Source: Macrostomum lignano
Lineage: Eukaryota
Length of the DNA stretch: 37,215 bases
Reading direction: 5' to 3'
Assembly (NCBI GenBank): GCA_002269645.1
Contig: NIVC01002801.1
Location: 1-37,215, forward strand
Shown: positions 9,501 through 20,317 of the stretch, one piece after another
Position numbering within the stretch: the stretch's first letter is position 1
Layout: the number at the start of each line of letters is the position of its first letter
Made by a program: the position numbers and the translations under genes
Notes under the pieces: generated by a model
What the model saw: only the letters and a program-made list of their open reading frames with translations
The model's database searches: none
Told to the model about the DNA's origin: nothing

Positions 9501-12500
9501 AGAGGGAGTGGAGAGGCAGATTCAACCACAACGAGAGCAGATCAGCCAATCAGCGCTAAGTGAAAAGGATGAAATGGAGGGTGAAGGGTAGGTGAATGTT
9601 TATGGCGTAACAACATGGACGTTACACCAAAACAGACTCTCAGCTTCCAAAAATTACCCGTGAACGTGCTAATACTGTTGGCGAATCCCATGACCAGGCC
9701 GGAGAAATTTGGCGCCAAGTCGATGACGTTAACAGCGTAGCCAGCGACCGCCAGGCCCGAGAAGCCTGCGAGTTGGTGAAGAGTTTTTCATTGCGTAAAG
9801 TTTGCTCCACTCCAATAATATTTTGCGCTCAATGCACAGATGCACAGTTAATAATTATAGTTAGCTACTGTAGTGTACGAGTATTTTTCTGTAAAAACGT
9901 GTCTCTAGCGAGATTTGAACAATTTGCGAATGCAGAGTCCGGGAATCGAGCCCGGGACCTCTGCTCCCGCTGCTCTGTCGATCAGGATCCCTCTGTCTTA
10001 TCAAATGTTTTGTTTCAACACGCTCGTGCTTCAATCGTGCACTTTTAGCGTCCCTGCCGTCAAGCGAATACTGGCCGATGAATTGCAATGATTGCTGAGG
10101 CATTCATTGAGCAATGCAACTGTTGGAACTGCGGGAAAGGATCGGTTCGTATAGAGAGAGATGGTAAGCCTCACTATATACATATCAGCATTAAGACAGA
10201 TGGAGTAGGGAGGCTGGGCAGCCAGAGGTCACGTCGGCCAGTGCCGGACGAGAGCCAGTTGAGACGCACGGGAGCGTGACGTTCTGGCAGTGCTGAGAAG
10301 TAGCCCTCACGCTGTGCACGGCTGAAGCAGCCTGCAATTCCCGTCTGAGTTGAGAATATATTATAGCCACAGCTTACTGTTGCCTCGCCTGCGAGTAACT
10401 TGGCCTGGCGGGAGTCCAATCCCGTCCAATTAGTGAGCATTTGACCTTTAATAGCTGGGAATATACCGGTAATTGTGTGAATATTTCATGCCAGCTCCAC
10501 TCGTAAAATAATGATAATGAGATACTAAATGAGATACTAATTGTGCGGCAACAAGGCCTTTTTAGCCAATAAGCGCTGGGACACCGGCGGTTTTTGAAGA
10601 ATTGACGATACTTCTAATCGAAAGTAAACTACTTCGGCGCCAAAATGAGTGCCTGCGGCGCCAAAATGACTTCCTCTGGCGCCAAAATGAGTGCCTGCGG
10701 CGCCAAAATGAGTGCCTGCGGCGCCAAAATGAGTGCCTGCGGCGCCTAAATGAGTGCCTCCGGCGCCAAAATGAGTGCCTGCGGCGCTAAAATGAGTGCC
10801 TGCGGCGCCAAAATGAGTGCCTCCGGCGCCAAAATGAGTGCCTGCGGCGCTAAAATGAGTGCCTGAGGCGCCAAAATGAGTGCCTCCGGCGCCAAAATGA
10901 GTGCCTCCGGCGCCAAAATGAGTGCCTCCGGCGCCAAAATGAGTGCCTGCGGCGCTAATATGACTGCTTGCGTCGCCAAAATGACCGCTGACAACACTGA
11001 TTCTGAAAATAATATACATGTACATGTATAATTCCTAGCTGTGTCCCCCCTCACCATAAAATCCATGGCGACGCCCCTGGTTGTAGGCAAACTTGCGAAT
11101 GCAAATAAATCAAGACTTCAGTCTTATTATTACAGAGGTTTCTTCAGATCTCTATTTAATTAAAGGTTTTAAAGGTTGTGTGTGCAGCTGAACGTAGGGA
11201 AATTTCCCCCCTAGCAATTTTGACCCCAAACCTAGGGGGGGGGGGGCGGAGCAGCCCAGCGGTGAACGCGCCTGACTCTCGCGCCACTATCCTTGGTTCG
11301 ATTCCGTGAGCAAACACTCATTTGGGGCTTGTGCACGAAAACTAGCGGGGATTGTCTTGCGATTCACAGCCATGAGGGCCCGCCCCGACCGATTAGAAAA
11401 TCTGCGCCGCTGTTTATGAGTGCGTGTGTGAGTATAAGTTTAGCTCACCCAGCGCCATGGACAGCAGCACGGTGGCCCAAATGGCATCGTTGGCGAAGCC
11501 CAAAGCCACGAAGAAGATCGCCTTCAAGCCGAAGCCCAGGCCGGCCAATAGTTTGCGAATTGTTGTCAATCTCAATTGGGTCCGCAGTTTCAGAAAGTCG
11601 GCAAGGCAGCCGCCTGGCAACAAGGTAGGTGATGAGACCGTAGGGAGTCTTTTATGTGATATTAAAAGCTACCATTATTATGAAAAGGGATGCTGAGTTC
11701 TGTAAATTCAGTCACCGTAGGAGCCTTGAGTGGGGAGACGCAGGGGCGTGAGGTTGCTGCAAATGTACAGCCATCAATAGAAGCCTGGGGTGAGGAGAGG
11801 CTGGGGCGTGAAATTGCTGCAAATGTACAGCCATCAATAGAAGCCTGGGGTGAGGAGAGGCTGGGGCGTGAAGTTTCTGCAAATGTACAGCCATCAATAG
11901 AAGCCTGGGGTGAGGAGAGGCTGGGGCGTGAGGCTGCTGCAAATGTACAGCCATCAATAGAAGCCTAGTCTGGAGTGGTGAGAGGCAGGGGTGTGAGGTT
12001 GCTGCAAATGTACAGCAATCAATAGAAACCTGGAGTGGGGAGAGGCTGGGCGTTGAGGTTGCTGCAAATGTACAGCCATCAATAGAAGCCTAGTCTGGAG
12101 TGGTGAGAGGCAGGGGTGTGAGGTTGCTGCAAATGTACAGCAATCAATAGAAACCTGGAGTGGGGAGAGGCTGGGCGTTGAGGTTGCTGCAAATGTACAG
12201 CCATCAATAGAAGCCTAGTCTGGAGTGGTGAGAGGCAGGGGTGTGAGGTTGCTGCAAATGTACAGCAATCAATAGAAACCTGAAGTGGGGAGAGGCTGGG
12301 CGTTGAGGTTGCTGCAAATGTACAGCCATCAATAGAAGCCTAGTCTGGAGTGGTGAGAGGCAGGGGTGTGAGGTTGCTGCAAATGTACAGCAATCAATAG
12401 AAACCTGAAGTGGGGAGAGGCTGGGCGTTGAGGTTGCTGCAAATGTACAGCCATCAATAGAAGCTTGGAGTGGGGAGAGGCAGGGGGCGTGAGGTTGCTG

Positions 12501-15375
12501 CTATACTAAATGTGATGTGTGTCGAGATTAAGATGATAAGCGGTGCAAATTTATCGTTTGTATTTGACGGTTGAATCAGGAATCTTGAGCGCGTAGCTCT
12601 AGACGGGGTCTTGAGGGGAAGAAGGGCTGAAACCGAGAGGGGAGCTCTGCGAAAGAAAGAGTATAGTGCCATGGACTAACTAAACAGCAACAGAACGAAA
12701 GTTAAGCGAAGCTTAAGTCACATAGACAGAAAAACAATAATGCACTAACGCCATAGGCTGAGCTCTAATGCACAACAAAATGAATAGACTGAATGAACCA
12801 AAATCAGACGAGTCTGTATTAGTGAGCCGGTGCAACCCGTGTGAATGTACGAATCTGTTAGCTTGTCAATAAATAATGCAGCAGTTTATGCATAAATTAT
12901 ATATTATGAAAACCCCAGGGTGGGAGAGCTGGTAGTCGGAGTGTGGCAGGACAGATGGCGGATATTTAAGGGAGTCAAGTACGCGATCCTCTGATAGCTC
13001 CAGTCGAGTTGGCAAGGGGAATCCGGTTGGAGAAACAGGGCGCACAGAGTGAAAAAGCATCCGTCCCCCCCACCCTGTCTCCCTATAATAAGTCCACTGA
13101 GCGGCACGGCATGTTCGCCAGCCGGCTGTTCATTCATTCAGTTAGGTCCAGGCACCTCCAACGTTTATCCCGCCGGTGTCCGCAATGCATAATTCAAGGC
13201 AAAGAAGAGACATCGGGGTAGAGAAAAAGGAAGGTAGACAGAGAGAAACAGATGCTAGTGGAGAAAGAATGGCCAGAGTAAGCTAGCTAGATCCTGGCAC
13301 TCCTTTCTGGCGTGGCAGTTATCTAATCCCATTAGGTCCTTGGCAGTAAAATGGAGCCTGAGTACACAGAGTGCTTGGCTAATGCGAGCCTGGCTAGCTG
13401 TTTGAATGCCGAGCAACATGAGCTGGGAGTGTGTTCCCTTAATTCTTGCAAGGAATATATCCCGAAGCTTTGCTTACCTTGTATGAGCCATCACACTCAT
13501 GCAGAATGGGCACTAACTAAGCTATAGGCCTAAAGTAAAGGCTTGGACTATAGCGATCTGCCCTTTGAAATGCGACACATTGTCAGTGTTTAGAAATCCA
13601 TCCAGGCATTTCTGCACGAGGTCTAAAATATTATTTGCAGTTTGATGAGCCCCGCTAGTTGAATAACCGAATTTACTGATCAAATACATAAAAACAATTT
13701 TGCTATATCGAATTGAGAGCATCACAGATTTTGATGCGAGAACTGATCTTAGCTGCTGTTTTGTCTATGAGACCAGTTGAGACAATTATTCTGGGATAAG
13801 TCGGAGTTCTACAATAATATAGGGTAACAGATTGAGCTGAGACCACGAATGCTTCGCAATAATTTATAAACTATCATCTAAATACACGTTATATTGTTTA
13901 AAGAGGTTTCTGCAAGTTTACAGCCATCAATAGAAGCCTGGGTGGGTAGAAAAGAATTGAGATATCAAGCTAGAGCAAAGAGAACAGAGTTAATAGGGCA
14001 CAAAGAGCAGCAACCAGAGCACAAAGCACAGAGACCAGAGCACAGAGATCAGAGCACAGAGACCAGAGCACAGAGACCAGAGCACAGAGACCAGAGCACA
14101 GAGACCAGAGCACAGAGACCAGAGCACAGAGACCAGAGCACACAGACCAGAGCACACAGACCAGAGCACAGAGACCAGAGCACAGAGACCAGAGCACAGA
14201 GACCAGAGCACAGAGACCAGAGCACACAGACCAGAGCACACAGACCAGAGCACAGAGACCAGAGCACAGAGACCAGAGCACAGAGACCAGAGCACAGAGA
14301 CCAGAGCACACAGACCAGAGCACAGAGACCAGAGCACAGAGACCAGAGCACAGAGACCAGAGCACAGAGACCAGAGCACAGAGACCAGAGCACACAGACC
14401 AGAGCACAGAGACCAGAGCACAGAGATCAGAGCACACAGACCAGAGCACAGAGACCAGAGCACAGAGACCAGAGCACAGAGACCAGAGCACAGAGACCAG
14501 AGCACACAGACCAGAGCACAGAGACCAGAGCACACAGACCAGAGCACAGAGACCAGAGCACAGAGACCAGAGCACAGAGACCAGAGCACGGAGACCAGAG
14601 CACAGAGAAGAAGGACTATAACAGTGTGGCAGTTGCAGCATACGAACAAACCAAGCGGAATCAGAGTTGCTATTAGAGTGCAGAGGTTCAAAAGAACATT
14701 GCGCAACCCAATTAGACATGAGAAATAGGTCGAGCGAAGCCACCCAAAATTTCGGTGGAACTCCCCCCCCCACGAAGTCTGCGTAGCCGCATGCAATCAG
14801 TGCGGGTGGCTTGAAGCTATTTTGCATATCTGTTTTCGTCAACAAGGCCAGCAGCTTCAAAGCAGGGCTTCCCATCGTGCGGCCGCAAGTCGCAATATCC
14901 ATACTGGTCTTTTGTCTTCTTCCTGTTAATTTATTTTCCTCTGACCCCTCGCATGGTAGCTGGAATTCATAATCTTCTCCTGGACAGGAAAAGGACTGCG
15001 GAATCCCAAGCTTTGATTAGTGGCCAAGGATTTAAACAAACCCCAGCGCATGAACCCGTGGGCTTCTCACTGCGGGAGATGGCGGTACTGCAGAGAAGGG
15101 AGTGGCGATGGAACCGGGGTTCTTAGACCCAGAAATTTTGGTTGGGAATGTTTTCATGCTCTTTTTGCAACAGAAATGACTGGAACAATGACAAAGTACG
15201 CACACCCCGGTGCTCTTAGCAAGTGGTGCTCATAGGGAAAACTCTCAGCAATATTGTGAGCATAGCACACACACACACACACAGACAGAGAAAGAACTCT
15301 AATTACAAATACACAGGGAAAACATTGAAAGCACTTGGACTGCAAAGAGAATTGGGAAGGGAGTGGAGAGATAGC

Positions 15376-15441
<66 letters not shown>

Positions 15442-17106
15442 TGCGAGAGCAAGAAGCTTGAGCAACTGAAGCCACTCACAGAGACGAAAAAGTTGCCTGC
15501 ATAAACGACACGGCGCGGAGCAAAGAGTGAAGCTGAAGCGATGTAGAAGCTGAAAGAGTTGCAGCTTAAGCTACTATCAGGCCATGAGTGGAGTCGGTGT
15601 GTGAGTGCGTGAGTGCGGCCGCGACACGGTTTTGCCGGGGAGATGGAGGAGCGTGAGTGAAGGAGCAAGAGGTGGAGGCGCAGACAGGACTAATGGTGTT
15701 TAGCCGCGCTAGAAGCCTCAAGTGTAGCATCTGGAGTTCATTCTCTTTCCTGCAGCAGTTTCATATTAGCCCAGACAGACAAAGCGCCCGCCGACTACAA
15801 AGGGCGAGGAAAGGCTGGCTGTATGGGCGGCGAAGTTTGTTCCTTTAGAGCGGTTTGTCCCAGAATCCTATGAATTCCGGAAGTCTGTGTACTTTTTTAG
15901 GCTTGAGATGTTTGTTACCAAATAGCAAGGGTCATCATTCAAATGACTATCCCCTTCTTAAAAGGTCTCACCGATTGGTACGAACAGGGACCTGGCCAGG
16001 AAGGGAAAGGACAGCAGGAAGATGGTGTGCCCCACGTCAGTCTTGTACATCTGGTGATAGTAGCTCTGCATGCACACCGAGCTGATCTGGAATGTCCAGT
16101 CGTCCGCCGCGTAGGTGAAGAATATGGCGTACACCTGTCGCGACTTGAAGATCTCCTTCCAGGGTATGCGAAGCCTGCGGTGAGCAAACAGCACCTTCTT
16201 GGTGATGCTGGACTCCAGGTACAGTCGTTCCTGCTTGCCGAGATTCTTGTCCTTCAACGGTTTCTCGTCGATCAGGCGCCACCAGAAGATGCACCAGATC
16301 AGGCCGATGTTGGCGTAGATGTAGAATACCACCGCCCAGCCCCAGTGGTTCTCGATCTCCTGGCACACGGGCAGGCCGATCAGCGGGCCGAGGGACACCC
16401 CGATGACGGCGAAGCACAGCAGGGAGGAGCGCTCGCCCTCCGGGCCCCAGAAGCGCATCACTCCAAACACAGCGGGGATGAGGCAGCCCTCCGCCAGACC
16501 CTGCAGCAGCCGGAGCACCACAATCACCGTGATTGAAGCGGAGATGTCGGCCGTAATCTGCGTCACCAGCGGCAGGAACAGGTTGAGTCCGCAGGTGAGC
16601 GCCACGGAGCAGCCCAGCAGCAGGGAGCTGTCGTGGTGCACAGTCAGGTAGCCCCCGAGCGGGCTGGCCACCAGGTAACCAATAAACACCGAGTTCTCAA
16701 TCAGATCGTTGGCCGTGTTCTGCCAGGGCATCTTGCGATGCGTCATCGGCTGGAAGATGCTGCCGCTGCTGCCACTGCTGCCGGAACGAGTTGTCGCTGC
16801 AATCGTGGTGTTGAGGTTCGCCTTGCGGTTCAGGTAGTCCATGATGGCCACCATCTCGGCGCGCATGCCGATCACCACGGTGAGGCCGAGCGAACACAGC
16901 AGGGCGATCAGATAGCGCTTGCGGCCCGGCCCGCAGCAGCAGAACACCGGGTCTCGGCGGTTGCGGCGGCCGCGGACAACACCCCCGTCGTTGCTGCCTC
17001 TGCCGCAATCGTCTCCGTCTCTGCCGCCGCCGGCGTAGCTGCCGTCGACCTGCGGATTTTCGCCGTAGAACAGAAGCGAAGCGGAGGGCGAGACCGGTCC
17101 CGCCAT
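6261..17106 (-). CDS. SLC17-family MFS transporter (VGLUT/sialin-like), 4 coding exons: join(15972..17106,11449..11613,9658..9765,6261..6505), 550 aa
   Basis: SLC17 signature motifs in order: KRYLIALLCSLG..GMR, RLLQGLAEG, WGPEGERS, RIPWKEIFKSRQVYAI, WTF, GGCLADFL...TTIRKLL, GYAVNVIDLAPNFSGLVMGFANSISTFTG, EWQ...YLVFASAEEQPW. All three introns are phase-1 GT-AG and the joined frame is open (1653 nt). Exact ortholog uncertain, so no symbol is given. Confidence 0.92.
6518..8152. repeat. 14-bp minisatellite (GGGATTGTGAGGCT / GGGATTGTGAGGAT / GGATTKTAAGGAAA variants), ~115 copies, SLC17 intron 3
   Basis: Tandem units read directly; variant blocks recur. Confidence 0.97.
9022..9528. repeat. 29-bp minisatellite (GGAGAGGCAG[ACT/CTT]CAACCATAGAGGGAGT), ~17 copies
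   Basis: Tandem units with two interspersed variants and one truncated unit near 9415. Confidence 0.97.
9658..9765 (-). CDS. SLC17 gene exon 3
   Basis: CGCAG|GC acceptor, G|GTAATT donor, 108 nt. Encodes GFSGLAVAGYAVNVIDLAPNFSGLVMGFANSISTFTG. Absent from the ORF track. Confidence 0.93.
10634..10985. repeat. 21-bp minisatellite (GGCGCCAAAATGAGTGCCTSC), ~16 copies
   Basis: Tandem units; explains ORFs 10537..11025, 10602..10790 and 10746..11090. Confidence 0.96.
11449..11613 (-). CDS. SLC17 gene exon 2
   Basis: CCAG|GC acceptor, G|GTGAGC donor, 165 nt. Encodes GGCLADFLKLRTQLRLTTIRKLLAGLGFGLKAIFFVALGFANDAIWATVLLSMALG. Confidence 0.92.
11703..12501. repeat. 60-bp tandem repeat changing into a 125-bp (65+60) dimeric repeat, ~13 units
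   Basis: AAATGTACAG recurs at 11761, 11821, 11881, 11941, 12006, 12066, 12131, 12191, 12256, 12316, 12381 and 12441. Confidence 0.96.
14015..14607. repeat. 14-bp minisatellite (AGAGACCAGAGCAC / ACAGACCAGAGCAC), ~42 copies, SLC17 intron 1
   Basis: Tandem units; the plus strand is almost T-free. Explains ORFs 13894..14902. Confidence 0.97.
15376..15438. repeat. (GA)n microsatellite, ~31 units
   Basis: Direct reading. Confidence 0.98.
15972..17106 (-). CDS. SLC17 gene exon 1 (TM1 to about TM8)
   Basis: First in-frame ATG at 17106; the track start at 17166 is GTG. Donor ATC G|GTGAGA. Confidence 0.92.
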
Positions 17107-17719
17107 GCCTCGCTGGTGGCTTTCCGCCGAAGTCTCGTGAGCTGATGTACTTTTCAGTTTGAGCACTCTGTTCTCTTAGCCAGATTTTTTTGCGAGCGCA
17201 TCTAGCAAGCTTTTGAGCACTCAGCACGGCTGTTCTCAGCTTGGCTGACAATGCTGGCGCCCGAGACGTCGCTGATGAAGGCTGGCGGGAGGCTGATTCG
17301 CGACCCTCCAGCTGAGCCAATTGGCAGCGCACTAAGCCAGTCTTCAATGAAGGGGAGAGGGAACTCCGGGAGCGGGGATTAAAATAGGCGGAGGTGGGGC
17401 AGGCCGGGCCCGGGGAAGGGAAAGTCTCAGCCTCCAGCAGGACTCTTTGTCGCCAACCCCAGCCCAATCCGAAAAGCTGCATTCACAACTGCAGCAGCCG
17501 AAGCGAAATCCGTGCGGCAGAGAGAGAGAGGGAAGGCGGGGGAGACAGAGGCAGCGGAGACATCTGGGCAGCCGGCAGGTTAATTTCCGCTCCGACGCCG
17601 TCGCTAGCTGTGGCTCAGCGCCTCCTGGACTTCAGACACTTCGCGCCCGCTGTCTTCGGCTCAGCCTGCCGGATTCGGCCTTCCGATTCTGCCGTGGGGA
17701 TAGAATTCAACGCGAGTCT

Positions 17720-17721
<2 letters not shown>

Positions 17722-17796
<75 letters not shown>
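17722..17796. repeat. (CT)n microsatellite, ~37 units
   Basis: Direct reading. Confidence 0.98.
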
Positions 17797-17799
<3 letters not shown>

Positions 17800-18452
17800 A
17801 CTGCAGTCCCTCATCCTCCGTATCATCTTGTCCCGGCCATATTGCCATGTCACCAAGGGAGGCAAAATAAAATTTTACTGAAAGTCAAGCTTAAGTGCGG
17901 CCGCTAAAGCTGCTGTCTTTCCTGTCACAGAAATCCCCGGATTATCCTTCCCGCACTGACTGACTCGTCTCTAAGCCTTTCTGTATTTGCTCCCCTCTCA
18001 GTGGGGAAGATTATCCCACTGGATGCCGAATCCTCTGGTTGGGGATAAAGGAGCTATAAAGCACAGCTGTTTGGTTATCTTCATCCCACCTGCTCTGCAA
18101 AGGGATAAAAGACAATAAAGACTAGAGAGGGCAGTAAGCTGTGGGGGTGGGGGTTGCCTGACCGGCCTCAGCTCGGCGCAAAGAGGCCCGGCTCTGCCTA
18201 CCCACCTGCCTTCCTACCTGGCAATTAGTTACTATCGCCGGCAGTCGATAATTCTGCGTGATTGATCGGTTCGTATTTGTCCACTCTGCCCCTCAGCCTC
18301 TTCCCCTCTGGCATGCTCAACGAGTGAGAATTGCTCTGAGGAGGCGGCCTGGGCTCAGTGCTGGAGTTCTGGCAGCAAATAGATTTCTAGACAAGAAAGC
18401 ACGCTTCGACTGTCTCGCGCGGTTTCCCTTAGACGGTCTGTGTTCCTAAAAT

Positions 18453-19715
<1,263 letters not shown>

Positions 19716-20071
19716 TAATACACATAAATAGCATAAATAGACACTGAAACAATGCCAAATTTCCTGCAGCTGTAAGCGCCATTCAGTTCAACAGTCTTCT
19801 GTTGCAAGATCATCGTCGGCATATTAGCCGCACAGCATCTCGCACAGTTTCCATGATCTACTGAGTAGCATAGCGCGAGAATCAGTACCGGACATATTCA
19901 GCATGAATGTTATGACATTTTCTAACAAAAATACTGACCTGCATGAGCAGCACCAGAAACATGTGAACTGCAGGCAATCAGTATTGAGGTTAACTTCAGT
20001 ATTGATCGAATTTTAAATTCCCAAGTGATTTGCATGTTACTAATTGTTTCAAACTACCTGCCTGTCTAGAC

Positions 20072-20317
20072 CAGGGGTTGGAAAACCTTTTTAATTCAAG
20101 TGTCAGATAAAGAATCCAGCTCATTGCTGCGGGCCAGATGAGAGAGGAAAGGAGAGGGAATAGAGAAGAGATAAGAGGGGAAGACTAGACAGGAGATTAG
20201 AGGATATATGAGACGCGGAGAGAAGAGACCTGAGAAGAGACGCAAACCTTGAGCGAACCAGATTGCTATTGTGAAGTTTCACGGGACCCGAGGACCGGAT
20301 TTTACCGACCCCCACTG
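20072..20317. mobile_element. Non-autonomous hAT (Charlie-like) DNA transposon / MITE, degenerate
   Basis: Starts CAGGGGTTGGAAAACC and ends GGACCCGAGGACCGGATTTTACCGACCCCCACTG (imperfect TIRs beginning CAG). Flanked by an 8-bp near-duplication, GTCTAGAC (20064-20071) and GTCTAAAC (20318-20325), fitting the NTCTAGAN target preference of hAT-Charlie elements. Confidence 0.7.

Noticed and set aside
10088-10279. CNCWNCGK as a retroviral zinc knuckle
   Set aside because: It lacks the His and final Cys of CX2CX4HX4C, and there is no surrounding gag/pol sequence.
10537-11090. GTHFGAA / LRRQNEC / ALILAPE ORFs
   Set aside because: Translations of the 21-bp array in several frames; the apparent ice-nucleation or antifreeze-like repeat is coincidental.
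13522-13725. HQTANNI...TDN as a hAT transposase or integrase fragment
   Set aside because: The motif spacing is about 9 residues too short and no other catalytic motifs are nearby; too weak without an HMM search.
13894-14902. RPEHRDQSTET and LCSGLCALVSVLWS ORFs
   Set aside because: Translations of the 14-bp minisatellite inside SLC17 intron 1.
17107-17482. N-terminal extension of SLC17 from 17166, and overlapping GC-rich ORFs (16697..17482, 15943..16536, 16633..17145)
   Set aside because: The 17166 start is GTG, not a normal eukaryotic start. The other ORFs are shadow frames of a GC3-rich exon.
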